From a bacterium (GTDB lineage: Bacteria; Cyanobacteriota; Vampirovibrionia; Gastranaerophilales; JBAXKC01), in the NCBI GenBank assembly GCA_037137535.1, contig JBAXKC010000016.1, positions 1 through 59,054 of the forward strand: DNA of 59,054 nt. Direction: 5' to 3'. This document shows, piece after piece, positions 31,406 through 42,321 of this stretch. The notes under the pieces were generated by a model that was given only the letters and a program-made list of their open reading frames with translations, had not been told where the DNA came from and searched no databases. Position numbers and translations under genes: made by a program. Each line of letters opens with the position of its first letter. Position 1 is the first letter of the stretch.

Positions 31406-32297
31406 ATTCTTGAGGGATTGAAGAAAGACCTTTAGCTTTGGTAATACCGCTCATTAATAATGAATTAGACGGAATAGAATGATTTGGGCTGGTAAAAGGT
31501 AAATCACCGTATTTATCGAGCACTCTATTTACGAGAGCCTGTTTATTTGGATCTTTATCAAAATATAATCTTGCATATAAAGCCACACCATCATTAATTA
31601 TTGCAGCATCTTGAGCGTTGTCAAAAACTTTTTGATATTTAGACAAATGATACCTGAAAGCCAGAGTATTTAAAGCCAGACAGTCAATTTCTTCTTGTAT
31701 AGAGCTAATTCCATCATTGTCTTTGGCATGTCCCGCTTCATGAAACATTGCTTCAGAAATAGCAAGTATGACCGCGGGATCTTTAGTATCTTTATACTTA
31801 TCATTAATAACAATTCTATTATTTTCACAATCCCATTGAGCATGGGCTTTTGGTGAATCTACAGGCGCAAATTCTACTTTAATTCCACGTTCAATTATTG
31901 TTTTTACAGCTTCTTCTCCACTTTTATATACAGTATTAACACCCATAGAATTTAAATAATCTAAATCTCCTGGTAAAAACTTAACTTCTCTTAATTTTTC
32001 CAATGCTTCTCTAATTGTCGGATCAACTATTTTGTTAATACTTTTAAGGCTTTGAGCCTGAGCAATCTGCGGAGTAACATAACTTTTAGCGTACATAGAT
32101 GCAACATTTAATCGAGCATTATTATTTGGAGTAAATTTATTATTTATAATCGGATTTGATGACATGTATTGCGGTTGAATTTTATTTACTGTTTTTACAG
32201 CAGTAGCTTGAGGCTTATTATTATTTTCAGCCTCGTTATTATTAATTCTTTGTTGTAAAAATGATTTAAAAAAATCATCGTTGCCAATTGCTGCCAT
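31404..32297 (-). CDS. Putative zincin (HEXXH) metalloprotease-like protein with Asn-rich N-terminus
   Basis: IVIN...EAMFHEAGHAKD...SIQEEIDC. Confidence 0.7.
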   Translation of the reverse strand: MAAIGNDDFFKSFLQQRINNNEAENNNKPQATAVKTVNKIQPQYMSSNPIINNKFTPNNNARLNVASMYAKSYVTPQIAQAQSLKSINKIVDPTIREALEKLREVKFLPGDLDYLNSMGVNTVYKSGEEAVKTIIERGIKVEFAPVDSPKAHAQWDCENNRIVINDKYKDTKDPAVILAISEAMFHEAGHAKDNDGISSIQEEIDCLALNTLAFRYHLSKYQKVFDNAQDAAIINDGVALYARLYFDKDPNKQALVNRVLDKYGDLPFTSPNHSIPSNSLLMSGITKAKGLSSIPQE

Positions 32298-32325
32298 GAT
32301 ACATCCTTTTATAACCCCGTATATT

Positions 32326-32354
32326 TATAAAAACATTCTAACTGGAGAAATTGC
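32326..32354 (-). promoter_or_regulatory. Conserved bipartite upstream motif, site 4
   Basis: GCAATT-N13-TGTTTT-TATA, 28 nt before the ATG at 32297. Confidence 0.7.
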
Positions 32355-32445
32355 ATGATTTATTAGTCTTTAGGGTTATTGAAATTTGTTTTTTAAATAA
32401 TATAATTAACTTGCCCGTAATTTAGCGTTATAAGGATAAAAAAAT

Positions 32446-32706
32446 ATGGCAGGAATTACAGTTTTAGGCGTTTTTCTTAGTGGAAGACATAATGTTGCTC
32501 CAAAATTTCAAGAAGTGCTAAGTACACATGGTTGTAGCATTAAAACAAGAATCGGATTACATAATGTGGCAGATGGTGTTTGCTCACCAAGTGGAGTTAT
32601 TTTGCTTGATGTTTTAGGCAGTGATGAAGAAATTTCTGCTCTTGAAAAAGATATTCTTGCAATTGAAGGAGCTCAAGTTCAAAAAATGAGTTTTCCTCAA
32701 GCATAA
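32446..32706 (+). CDS. TM1266-family iron-only hydrogenase system putative regulator (ACT-like)
   Basis: FQEVLSTHGCSIKTRIGLH...CSPSGVILL...QVQKMSF. Confidence 0.8.
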   Translation: MAGITVLGVFLSGRHNVAPKFQEVLSTHGCSIKTRIGLHNVADGVCSPSGVILLDVLGSDEEISALEKDILAIEGAQVQKMSFPQA

Positions 32707-32721
32707 AAAACTTTAAAACAA

Positions 32722-32843
32722 TTAATGAGAAAAGAAACAAGCAAATCAGGAATAATCTGAGACCCTGTTAGCGGACACTCGAAAAAGAGTGAATGTAGCA
32801 GGGTTCTTCTATTTGTAGAATTCGCCCTGAATAGAATCATTAA
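32722..32843 (+). ncRNA. Candidate structured RNA (long irregular hairpin; family unassigned)
   Basis: Nested pairings TTAATGA/TCATTAA, TCAGG/CCTGA, GACCCTGTTA/TAGCAGGGTT and CACTC/GAGTG; G-U pairs favour the + strand. Confidence 0.4.
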
Positions 32844-33012
32844 GAAATGTAAATAAGTGTAATAAGTACAATATAAAAGCCTCTTGCCCCAACAAGTAAA
32901 TATAAATTAACTTTACAGCTTTTAAATACATCTTTTGGCGGTTAATATAATAAAGTAATAATTTTATAATAAATGCAGAAGATAAATATAAAGAAGAGAG
33001 AGGCAAATCGCT

Positions 33013-33288
33013 ATGACAAACGGAAGAACTTCTGGAGCGATTTCAAGTAGTATTATTAGATTTGATAACTCCGATATAATAAGTAAATTACCTGATAAAA
33101 AACGTTCCAAAGATGAACAGGAAAATAAAGAAGAAAAACACGAAGAGCAAGAAATCAAAGAAGAATTTGTAGACAGAAGTGCACAACTTAGAGCTTCCTT
33201 AAATTCTCTTGCGATGATAAATATTGCAAAGGTAAATATACGCAAACCGAATATAAACATAATTCAAAATGTGGCTCCTGTTCAATAG
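33013..33288 (+). CDS. Hypothetical charged small protein
   Basis: 91-aa ORF with a GAGG RBS, 2 nt upstream of the response regulator. Confidence 0.6.
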   Translation: MTNGRTSGAISSSIIRFDNSDIISKLPDKKRSKDEQENKEEKHEEQEIKEEFVDRSAQLRASLNSLAMINIAKVNIRKPNINIIQNVAPVQ

Positions 33289-33290
33289 TT

Positions 33291-33701
33291 ATGAAAAAAA
33301 TTTATAACATACTTGCTGTTGATGATGTTGAAGATTGGCTTATTTTTTATAATAAGCTGTTAACCAATGTATTTAATGAAGGCGAGTATAAGTACAGCTT
33401 TGAATATAGCGCCAAGGCAGGACAAAACACCGCCCTTAAACAACAAAATTATGATTTGATAATCTCCGACCTAGAAATGGAGCATATTTCAGATGAGGTT
33501 TGTGCTGGAGAGTGGATGTTATCAAATTTAGTCAATGAAGAAGGATTTAAAAACACAAAATTTATAATCATATCAGCAAGATATGACATAGACAGAATTG
33601 CCAAAAATCTAAATGTTGATTATATACCAAAACATTTATTATTAAATTCACCTGTTATTTTTAATTACAAAATTAGCGAAGCGTTAAATTTAATTGAATA
33701 A
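33291..33701 (+). CDS. Single-domain response regulator receiver
   Basis: ILAVDD, YDLIISDLEM, IIISA and YIPK. Confidence 0.85.
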   Translation: MKKIYNILAVDDVEDWLIFYNKLLTNVFNEGEYKYSFEYSAKAGQNTALKQQNYDLIISDLEMEHISDEVCAGEWMLSNLVNEEGFKNTKFIIISARYDIDRIAKNLNVDYIPKHLLLNSPVIFNYKISEALNLIE

Positions 33702-33707
33702 AATATT

Positions 33708-33742
33708 TTAAAAACCTGATTTATAATAAATCAGGTTTTTAA
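33708..33742. terminator. Bidirectional terminator
   Basis: Near-perfect palindrome ttaaaaacctgatttat-a-ataaatcaggtttttaa between convergent genes. Confidence 0.8.
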
Positions 33743-33749
33743 GTTAATC

Positions 33750-35573
33750 TTATGTAGTTACGCTTGTGCAAAGTGATGGGGCTATTCTTATAAACTTTCT
33801 TATAAGGTCTTTATCCCATTGAATTCCTGCACCTGCACGAAGAATTTCTACTGCTCTATCAATACTTAAAGCTTTTCTATATGGTCTATCACTGACAAGA
33901 GCGTGGAAAGTATCCGCAATTGCAACAATTCTTGCACTTAAAGGAATATCTTCACCTGCTATCTGATAAGGATAACCTGTGCCGTCCCAATGTTCATGGT
34001 GATGTTTTACCATAGGAATAAGTTCTCTTAATGCAGGAATAGGCTCTAATACTTTTTCAGCACCAATTCTCGGGTGTTGTTTCATTATTTCCCATTCCTG
34101 ATCGTTTAAAGCACCAGGCTTTTTAAGAACAGATTCAGGAATACCGATTTTACCTACGTCATGAAGCATAGCTCCAAGTCTGATTTTTTCAACTTCATCT
34201 TCAGAAAGACCGACTGCTCTGGCAAGAGCTTCAGCAAACCTTGAAACATCCTGTGAATGACCTTTAGTATAAGGATCTTTTGCATCAATTGCCCCTGCGA
34301 GAGACTTAACAACATCGACAATATGATTATTATTATTTAATGTAAGATTTTCACTCTGGAATTTTTTTACAATTTCATCTTCGAAGTTTATACCCCATTG
34401 ACAATGTCTTTTTGCAATAACTTTAGCAAGTGAATCAAGAGCCATTTCATTCCAGAAATCAATATCTTGAGCATTTACAATTAAGCCTTGACCATTATCC
34501 TGTTTATTTTTAGAGATCAACATTGCCTGCTCTGAAATAATTAACAACTTTTCCTGATCTCTTGTGCAATCTGGATAAGTAGCAACGCCTACACTTACTT
34601 TAACATTACCGATATCATCAACAGGTGAAGTGGTAATAATATGATTCAAATATTCTGCCATATAAAAAGCTTCTGAATTATGAGTATTAGGCAAAATAAC
34701 AGCAATTTCATCAGCACCATATCTTCCTGCAATATCTTTGGCTCTTAGACTTTGTCTTATTTTCTCAGCAACCAGACAAATTACTTCATCACCTTTTGCA
34801 TGACCGTATTCTCTGTTAATACCTGTAATGTTACTAATATCAAACATTAATACAGAAGCAGGAGAAGATTCATCTGCATCTTTTAAAGCTGTTGTAAGAC
34901 ACTCTTGGAAGCCTCTATGGTTTTTAAGTCCTGTTAGCGAATCTATATCTAATTCTTGAGTTACTTTTTCACTTAATTGTTTATTAACAACCAATAATGC
35001 TAAATAATTAGTAAGGACACCAAGGAAATCATCAAATTGAGGATTTCTATGATTAGAACCTGCGATAAATACACCAACACACTCGTCCTGACAAATTAAA
35101 GGGAGAATAACAGCAGGAGAATTATGCAAATAAGGTACATTTATAAAATTTGTATCATCTATATTAAGTTTTTGCTTATATAAGAAACTTTGAATGATTG
35201 GATTTTGCGTTTCCGATAAAAGTATTCTCGATGAATAAATATTGCTTATGTGGTCAGCTAATCTGACATGTAAATAGTTTGAATTACTGTTAACTAAACC
35301 TAATGCGGTAAAAGTATAGCCAAGTTTATTTACGGCAGTTGCATGGAGATAATTAAACACATCTTCAACCGTCTTTTTATCTTTAGCCGCAGTGCAAAAT
35401 TCCATGAATACTTCTAATGGATCAGCACTCGCCTGATAATTATAAAAACGCTGAGAAGCATTATAACCGCCATATAACCTATTTGAAGATCTTTTTGGAG
35501 TTATAGGGTTACTATGCATGCGTTGAACTGTTATAGTTTCTTTCGTATCGCCGTAAGTGTTTTCTTGTTTCAC
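33750..35573 (-). CDS. GAF-like + degenerate GGDEF + HD-GYP c-di-GMP signalling protein
   Basis: DSLTGLKN, RAKD-x5-GADEI, KDPYTKGHS, HDVGKIG and HHEHWDGTGYP. Confidence 0.92.
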   Translation of the reverse strand: MKQENTYGDTKETITVQRMHSNPITPKRSSNRLYGGYNASQRFYNYQASADPLEVFMEFCTAAKDKKTVEDVFNYLHATAVNKLGYTFTALGLVNSNSNYLHVRLADHISNIYSSRILLSETQNPIIQSFLYKQKLNIDDTNFINVPYLHNSPAVILPLICQDECVGVFIAGSNHRNPQFDDFLGVLTNYLALLVVNKQLSEKVTQELDIDSLTGLKNHRGFQECLTTALKDADESSPASVLMFDISNITGINREYGHAKGDEVICLVAEKIRQSLRAKDIAGRYGADEIAVILPNTHNSEAFYMAEYLNHIITTSPVDDIGNVKVSVGVATYPDCTRDQEKLLIISEQAMLISKNKQDNGQGLIVNAQDIDFWNEMALDSLAKVIAKRHCQWGINFEDEIVKKFQSENLTLNNNNHIVDVVKSLAGAIDAKDPYTKGHSQDVSRFAEALARAVGLSEDEVEKIRLGAMLHDVGKIGIPESVLKKPGALNDQEWEIMKQHPRIGAEKVLEPIPALRELIPMVKHHHEHWDGTGYPYQIAGEDIPLSARIVAIADTFHALVSDRPYRKALSIDRAVEILRAGAGIQWDKDLIRKFIRIAPSLCTSVTT

Positions 35574-35636
35574 TAGCCGCCCCTTAAATTAACGATATCT
35601 CCCTAATTTGCATTTGTTTCAAGAGCTATACATGTT

Positions 35637-35665
35637 TATTAAAACATTCTACTTTTAAAAATTGC
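35637..35665 (-). promoter_or_regulatory. Conserved bipartite upstream motif, site 5
   Basis: GCAATT-N13-TGTTTT-AATA(AACATG), 63 nt before the GTG at 35573. Confidence 0.7.
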
Positions 35666-36006
35666 TTAGGTTCGTCTTACTTTTTAATGAAGAGTTCATC
35701 CATCATTTATACTATATTAAGATTATTATTTAAATTATACTTAGATATAGTATTTTTTTAGTTTAATAATCAACAACCAGTTTATTGTTTTAATATAAAT
35801 AATAATGAATTTTTTAACAATTGTAAAGGTTTTAAAGATTTTTCGCAAAAATTACTTAATTTTTTTTAATACAACTAAAGTAGCAAGACCAAGCAACATC
35901 CACAATTGTAGCAGATTAACTTTTATAACTTTTTGTAATGATTTATTTAGAGTATTTTCACAATTCAAAATAAATCATTTTAAGTATTAAGATAAATAAT
36001 TGAAAT

Positions 36007-38520
36007 TTATCTTAATAAAAAAGTTTTTAAATTAAACGGTGGAATTTCTAATTTATTATTAAAGTAAATTTTTTCTGAAACTTCTTCTTCAAGTGAATTC
36101 ACCTCATTAATAAAAGTTATAGCAAGATCAGACTTGAATTTAAACGATTGTTTTCTTGAAGACTGATTATACACTCTAACAACAATACCTTTTTCCATAG
36201 CAGACTTAATAGCATAAATATAAACAGCGTCATTATCCGTTGATAACAATTTAAATTGTGTTTTTGAGGCTTGTTTCAATCCCTTTCCCTGCATAGAAAC
36301 AACACTTCCCATAAAAACATCCGCCTGTTTAAATAACTCTTTCGGCTTCTCTGCAAAACAAAGAGCATATCTATAAGAGTTAAAACCCACACATTGAGCT
36401 TCGGGAACAGCAATTGGAGGTCCTGCCGCAACAGAACGAGTGTCCATTGGGCCTTGAGAAAGAATTCCTACCGATCGTAAAAGAGTTAATTTTAATTCAG
36501 AACCGAAAACCTCATACTCACTTAAACCTTCAGAAATTATTGCCAAGCCGTTAGCTGAAACAAACCTTTGCTTAGGAGCTGTATTGGTTTTAAGCTCATC
36601 AGGGCGTTGAGCGGGCATAAAATCTTCAATATTATAATCGGGATTAAATTCTCTGTTAACAACTCCAAAACCGTCTTCTGATATTGTCGAATAAATTTTG
36701 TCACCTGTATTAAATTTGAGCTGTAATAAGTGATTTTTTGACTTATTTTCAAAATTTACATTAAACTCCGCAAGTGAGGAGTGATATTTTAACGAAATAT
36801 CTACTGTAAATTTATGCTCTACAAGGTTTGTACTTCTTGTTTTTGTATCAAAATCAGAGCTTTCGGGAATTTGCATAGAATATAACAGCTGTAAGGTACT
36901 TCTTAAAATACCCTTCTCGATAATTGTTGCTCCTAAATATTGAGCAACAATATCATCATCATCTTTAATAGGACAATAATTATATGTATCACCAATATCA
37001 GCTCTATCGCACAGCACATGAAGATTATTATAAGCTTTACCTGTCTTTATATCAGTTAGATTCAAGCTACCATCATGGTTAATCTCAACTCTAAGTATTT
37101 CATTATCAATATAATTTTCTGTTAGTTTAATTTTATTTTGTTCAAGCTCTTTTAATTTCAAGGGATTAACTGTTTTAATACTGCCTGCGGCAAGATTATC
37201 AATATATATAAGACTTTTATAATATGACTTTATGTCTTCACGATAGGGTGGACGGCTTGTATCAAGCAGTATCTCTATCGGAAACTTTTTATTTTCTTCA
37301 ATAAACTGAATATTATCATTTTCAAGCTTTTCATCTGTTTCAATCTCAACAACACCGCTATAATTATAATTTGAAGAATTGAAAATAACAGTTTGAATAG
37401 CAGATGCAGACTTTGCAAGCTCATAAAGGCCTCTATTTAGTAATCCATCGCTAATCTGATTAATTTTTTCATATCGTGCAAGCATTTCTCTGTGAACAGC
37501 ATCTGTACTGCATCCGCAAATACTGTCATGCGGATGATTTTTTATAAGCATTTTCCAAGCATATTCTAATTCTTGATCTCTTTCAGGAATTGAATCGGTA
37601 AATTGAAGAAATGAACATATAGGCTCAGCTTGTTTTCTTAATTTCCATTCAGAAACAACATTATTTTTTTTCAAATACAATCTTGTAGAATAAACACCCG
37701 GCAACGTATTACTTCGAGAGTTATCTCTTAACTCAGAAAAAAATCTTTTTAACGTTAGTTTTTTATTTTTAATCAACTCTATATATTCAAAAAGATTAGA
37801 TTGCAAAACTTTGTAAGACTTTAACCTAGGATTAATTTTTTCTAATTGAACTTTAAGGTCCTTAACTGCCCCTAAATGATCGCCCCCTAAAGGAAAAAGT
37901 GCTATATCCGAAACAGACATTTTTTTTATTTTTTTCAATAATGATTTTAAAAGCTGAACTTTTTTATTTAAAGGGATTTTTGCATTTAAAACATCTATAA
38001 AATAACCTTCTATAAGGTTAAGAGCCAAAACTTCAGCTCCGTCTTTGCTTTTCCATTTGAATTCTGACTTTAAATTACCTGTTCCTCGCCAAACAACGGC
38101 ACTATCAATATTTACAGAATTTAAAAGCATTGGTATATATGCGACATGCCCGAAAGTGTCGGGCAGATAGCCGACAAACTGGCTACATCCTAGTTTTCTT
38201 GCTTGTTTTATACCTATTATAAGATTTCTTAAAAGACTTTCACCCGAAACCAAAAATTCATCAGCAAGAGCATACCAAGGACCAACATATAGTTTTTTTT
38301 CTGAAATAAGCTGTTTTATAGCCTCTTTTTGTTCGGGCTTTATCTCAAAATAGTCTTCTAACGCAACTGTTTGACCATCAAAGTAAAAAGAATCCATATT
38401 CCCCGAAGTAAGCTCACCGATAATTTCTTCAAAAACAGTTATAAGCCTTAATCTAAACTCTTCGAAAGGCTGATACCACTCTCTGTCCCAATGTGTCTGG
38501 CAATATGAATAAAACTTCAT
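36007..38520 (-). CDS. Glycoside hydrolase family 38 (alpha-mannosidase-like)
   Basis: THWDREWY, DGQT, DEFLVSGE, YLPDTFGH and HDSICGCS. Confidence 0.93.
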   Translation of the reverse strand: MKFYSYCQTHWDREWYQPFEEFRLRLITVFEEIIGELTSGNMDSFYFDGQTVALEDYFEIKPEQKEAIKQLISEKKLYVGPWYALADEFLVSGESLLRNLIIGIKQARKLGCSQFVGYLPDTFGHVAYIPMLLNSVNIDSAVVWRGTGNLKSEFKWKSKDGAEVLALNLIEGYFIDVLNAKIPLNKKVQLLKSLLKKIKKMSVSDIALFPLGGDHLGAVKDLKVQLEKINPRLKSYKVLQSNLFEYIELIKNKKLTLKRFFSELRDNSRSNTLPGVYSTRLYLKKNNVVSEWKLRKQAEPICSFLQFTDSIPERDQELEYAWKMLIKNHPHDSICGCSTDAVHREMLARYEKINQISDGLLNRGLYELAKSASAIQTVIFNSSNYNYSGVVEIETDEKLENDNIQFIEENKKFPIEILLDTSRPPYREDIKSYYKSLIYIDNLAAGSIKTVNPLKLKELEQNKIKLTENYIDNEILRVEINHDGSLNLTDIKTGKAYNNLHVLCDRADIGDTYNYCPIKDDDDIVAQYLGATIIEKGILRSTLQLLYSMQIPESSDFDTKTRSTNLVEHKFTVDISLKYHSSLAEFNVNFENKSKNHLLQLKFNTGDKIYSTISEDGFGVVNREFNPDYNIEDFMPAQRPDELKTNTAPKQRFVSANGLAIISEGLSEYEVFGSELKLTLLRSVGILSQGPMDTRSVAAGPPIAVPEAQCVGFNSYRYALCFAEKPKELFKQADVFMGSVVSMQGKGLKQASKTQFKLLSTDNDAVYIYAIKSAMEKGIVVRVYNQSSRKQSFKFKSDLAITFINEVNSLEEEVSEKIYFNNKLEIPPFNLKTFLLR

Positions 38521-38780
38521 TACTGTTCCTTAATTTTAAAAACCTTGCGCCATAAAAAAGGTAAAAATGCGACTCCGATAATTATAGGGAAACCCAAAGC
38601 TCGTGAAAGCAAAAATAATAAAAATGTTACTAAAATTGACAAAATAATAGCAAAAAACAAAGCTTTAAAATCAAATTCTGTTTTTATATCTGAATTTATT
38701 TGTAAAGGAACTTGTTGTCCGCAATAATCACAAAATTTACTATCATCTCTCAAACTTCTCCCACAATTAAGGCAATTCAT
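38520..38780 (-). CDS. Zinc-ribbon membrane protein
   Basis: CLNCG...KFCDYCG plus two hydrophobic segments. Confidence 0.8.
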   Translation of the reverse strand: MNCLNCGRSLRDDSKFCDYCGQQVPLQINSDIKTEFDFKALFFAIILSILVTFLLFLLSRALGFPIIIGVAFLPFLWRKVFKIKEQ

Positions 38781-38855
38781 AAAATTCCTCCATTTGTTTA
38801 TTTTATCAGATTATTATAGAATATGTCTAAAATAATCAGACTTGAGGATATTATA

Positions 38856-39746
38856 ATGGCAGTAACTTTTCAGGAACTTGTTCATAGATTAAATGAATAC
38901 TGGTCAAAATACGGTTGTATCATTCAACAGCCTTACGACATCGAAAAGGGTGCAAGTACGATGAACCCTACGACTTTTCTAAAGGTATTAGGCCCTGAGC
39001 CATGGAATACTGCAATGATTGAACCTTGTAGACGACCTACAGATGGAAGATATGGAGAAAATCCAAACAGACTTCAACATTATTTTCAATATCAGGTTAT
39101 TTTAAAACCATCTCCTGAAGATGCTCAGGACATATACTTAAAAAGTCTTGAATATATTGGAATTGACCTTACAAAACATGACGTAAGATTTGTTGAAGAT
39201 AATTGGGAATCACCAACACTTGGCGCATGGGGCGTTGGTTGGGAAGTTTGGCTTGATGGAATGGAAGTAACTCAGTTTACATACTTCCAACAGGCTGGCG
39301 GAATTGATGTAAAGCCTGTTGCTCTTGAGCTTACCTACGGGTTAGAGCGTATTGCAATGTATCTTCAAAATGTTGACAGCGTTTATAACGTTCAATACAA
39401 CGATAACCTTAAATATGGTGATATTTATCATCACAATGAAGTGGAATATTCAAAATATAACTTTGAACACTCCACTCCTGAAACTTTATTCCAATTATTT
39501 GACCTTTACAGCAAAGAGGCCAATTCTGCAATGGATGCAAATCTTGTAATGCCTGCTTATGATTACGTTTTAAAATGCTCTCATTCCTTTAACTTGCTTG
39601 ATGCAAGAGGAGTTATAAGCAAAGATGAGAGAACAAATTTCATTAACAGAATAAGAAGAATGGCTGAAAGAGTAGCAAAACTTTACGTTGAGCAACGTGA
39701 AGAAATGGGATTCCCATTACTTAAAAAAGAAGCGGCGGTAAAATAA
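38856..39746 (+). CDS. glyQ: Glycine--tRNA ligase alpha subunit
   Basis: [36 protein letters not shown] and TYGLERIAM; start at 38856 after GAGG. Confidence 0.98.
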   Translation: MAVTFQELVHRLNEYWSKYGCIIQQPYDIEKGASTMNPTTFLKVLGPEPWNTAMIEPCRRPTDGRYGENPNRLQHYFQYQVILKPSPEDAQDIYLKSLEYIGIDLTKHDVRFVEDNWESPTLGAWGVGWEVWLDGMEVTQFTYFQQAGGIDVKPVALELTYGLERIAMYLQNVDSVYNVQYNDNLKYGDIYHHNEVEYSKYNFEHSTPETLFQLFDLYSKEANSAMDANLVMPAYDYVLKCSHSFNLLDARGVISKDERTNFINRIRRMAERVAKLYVEQREEMGFPLLKKEAAVK

Positions 39747-39795
39747 ATTTTTGTTAATTTATTCATTAATTTATAGTAAAATTTCAATATGTTTC

Positions 39796-39825
39796 AAAGT
39801 AAGGTTATAATTTTAGCCTTACTTT
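39796..39825 (+). terminator. Hairpin between glyQ and hom (probable terminator)
   Basis: aaagtaaggtta-taattt-tagccttacttt. Confidence 0.5.
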
Positions 39826-39844
39826 TGCATATATTACATGGAGT

Positions 39845-41128
39845 GTGAAAAAGATGAAGAAGAAAAGAACCATAGGTCTTTTAGGTCTTGGTACCGTAGG
39901 CGGCGGTGTTGTAAAAGTTTTAAAAAAGTTTGATAACATAGAAATTAAAAGAATTGCAGTAAGAAATCCCGAAAAAGCTCAAATTATAGAAGGGTTAGAC
40001 CGCAGTATCATTACAACTGACTCCATGTCAATTGCAAAAGATAAAGACATTGACGTTCTTATTGAAGTAATAGGCGGAATTAATCCTGCTTTTGACCTTA
40101 TCAAAGAGGCTATAAAGTCAGGTAAACACGTTGTAACTGCAAACAAAGAATTAATCGCAAAACATGGCGAAGAAATTTTTGACCTTGCAAAAGAGCATAA
40201 TGTAGTAGTTTTATATGAAGCGGCTGTTGCAGGCGGAATTCCTATAATTATGCCATTAAAGCAGTCTTTAGCTGCAAACAGAATCAAAAAAGTCGAAGGA
40301 ATCTTAAACGGAACTACAAACTACATCCTGACAAAAATGGAAAGAGAAAATCTTGACTTTAATGTTGTTTTAGAAGAAGCTCAGGCACTTGGCTATGCGG
40401 AAGCTGATCCTACTGGCGATGTTATGGGGCATGATGCAGGTTATAAAATTGCTATTTTAGCGTCACTTGCTTTTAATAAAAGAATTGACGTAAACAAAGT
40501 TTACAGGCAGGGAATAACTGATATAAGCTCGGTTGATATTGAATATGCAGAAAAATTTGGATACAAAATTAAACTTATAGCTCGTGCAGAAGAATTTGAA
40601 GATGGTCAAGTTGATGTAAGAGTTCACCCGATGCTTGTTTCTAAAAACAATCTTATTTCAGGAATTGATGATGTTATGAATGCAGTAGCTGTAACTGGAG
40701 ATGCTGTTGGAAAAGTAATGTTTTCAGGACCAGGGGCCGGAGAATTACCGACAGCAAGCTCTGTAGTGGGTGATTTACTGGCAATAGCGAGTGAAATGAC
40801 TGTTACGGATTATCCTTTACCAGTAATGAGATGTAAGCATGAAGAAGCCGCTCAACAAATTGATATAACCGAAACTCAAAATAAATACTATATCAGATTG
40901 AAAACACAAAATGTCCCCGGAGTAATAGGCGAACTCGGCATTACTTTCGGAAAATATAATATTAACCTTAACAGCTTTGTGCAAAAAGGTATTCTTGATG
41001 ACGGAGACGCAAGAATCGTTCTGCTGACCGAAATTGCATATGAAAAAGATATAAATGCAGCAATTGCAAATCTTTCAGAAACACAAATAGTTACAAAGGT
41101 AGAAAACGTTATAAGGGTAATGGATTAA
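39845..41128 (+). CDS. hom: Homoserine dehydrogenase with ACT domain
   Basis: [33 protein letters not shown] and GYAEADP. Start may be the ATG at 39854. Confidence 0.97.
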   Translation: MKKMKKKRTIGLLGLGTVGGGVVKVLKKFDNIEIKRIAVRNPEKAQIIEGLDRSIITTDSMSIAKDKDIDVLIEVIGGINPAFDLIKEAIKSGKHVVTANKELIAKHGEEIFDLAKEHNVVVLYEAAVAGGIPIIMPLKQSLAANRIKKVEGILNGTTNYILTKMERENLDFNVVLEEAQALGYAEADPTGDVMGHDAGYKIAILASLAFNKRIDVNKVYRQGITDISSVDIEYAEKFGYKIKLIARAEEFEDGQVDVRVHPMLVSKNNLISGIDDVMNAVAVTGDAVGKVMFSGPGAGELPTASSVVGDLLAIASEMTVTDYPLPVMRCKHEEAAQQIDITETQNKYYIRLKTQNVPGVIGELGITFGKYNINLNSFVQKGILDDGDARIVLLTEIAYEKDINAAIANLSETQIVTKVENVIRVMD

Positions 41129-42204
41129 TGACAAATTCTAAATGCTTGGCATACAACGGTTTAATCGATAGATACCGCGCATATCTTCCTGTTGATGAGA
41201 ATACACCAATCGTTACAATTAACGAAGGAAATACACCGCTTATTAAAGCAGATAATTTAGCTAAAGAAATCGGTATTAATGCAAATCTATATTTAAAATA
41301 TGACGGAGCAAACCCGACAGGCAGCTTTAAAGACAGAGGAATGACAATGGCTGTTACAAAGGCTGTTGAATCAGGAGCCAAAGCTATTATATGTGCCAGC
41401 ACAGGCAATACAAGTGCCGCTGCTGCTGCTTATGCTGCAAAAGCAGGAATTAAAGCGTTTGTATTAGTTCCGGACGGATATATAGCTCTTGGTAAAATAG
41501 CTCAAGCTATGCATTACGGTGCTGAAATCGTAGCTATTGATGGGAATTTTGATGATGCTCTTGAAATTGTTATTAAACTTTCAGAAAATTATCCTTTAAC
41601 ACTTGTAAACTCTGTTAACCCATACAGAATTGAAGGACAAAAAACAGCCGCTTTTGAAGTTTGTGATTCTTTAGGAAAAGCTCCTGATTATCTTTGTATT
41701 CCTGTCGGCAATGCGGGCAATATAACTGCCTACTGGAAAGGATTCAAAGAATACTTTGAAAAAGGCGAAATAACAAACAAACCTAAAATGTACGGATTTG
41801 AAGCGGAAGGTTCTGCCGCTATTGTAAGAGGGGAAAGAATTCACAACCCTGAAACAATGGCAACTGCTATTAGAATTGGAAATCCTGCAAGCTGGGATTA
41901 CGCAGTAAATGCAATGAACGAATCTAACGGTCTTATTGACAGCGTAACTGATGAAGAAATCATTGAAGCATATAAATTAATCGCAAGAAAAGAAGGTGTC
42001 TTCTGCGAGCCTGCAAGTGCTGCATCAGTTGCAGGACTTATTAAGTCGGTTAAAGCAGGAAAAGTAGCTGAAAATTCAACTATAGTTTGCGTATTAACAG
42101 GCAATGGACTTAAAGACCCTGACAACGCAATGAAATACTCTTGTTCAGAAATAAAAAAGACAAGTAGTAAACTCGAAGACATTGTAAAAGTATTAAATAT
42201 CTAA
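41128..42204 (+). CDS. thrC: Threonine synthase
   Basis: [24 protein letters not shown] and TGNGLKDP. Confidence 0.97.
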   Translation: MTNSKCLAYNGLIDRYRAYLPVDENTPIVTINEGNTPLIKADNLAKEIGINANLYLKYDGANPTGSFKDRGMTMAVTKAVESGAKAIICASTGNTSAAAAAYAAKAGIKAFVLVPDGYIALGKIAQAMHYGAEIVAIDGNFDDALEIVIKLSENYPLTLVNSVNPYRIEGQKTAAFEVCDSLGKAPDYLCIPVGNAGNITAYWKGFKEYFEKGEITNKPKMYGFEAEGSAAIVRGERIHNPETMATAIRIGNPASWDYAVNAMNESNGLIDSVTDEEIIEAYKLIARKEGVFCEPASAASVAGLIKSVKAGKVAENSTIVCVLTGNGLKDPDNAMKYSCSEIKKTSSKLEDIVKVLNI

Positions 42205-42222
42205 TAAAAAACAAAACAAATT

Positions 42223-42244
42223 AGGAGGTGAAAAGCCTCCTTTT
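42223..42244 (+). terminator. Intrinsic terminator after thrC
   Basis: aggagg-tgaaaag-cctcc-tttt. Confidence 0.7.
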
Positions 42245-42321
42245 ACTTTTTATAATCTTTTTGAATGATTTTATTATATACTTATAATTATTATTAGGGT
42301 AAAAGTTGAAGAAATAAAATT

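Noticed and set aside
32741-32800. c-di-GMP-I riboswitch (GCAAA-stem-GAC resemblance)
   Set aside because: Lacks the following GCAAAGC and the P3 receptor; the alternative long-hairpin fold explains the sequence better.
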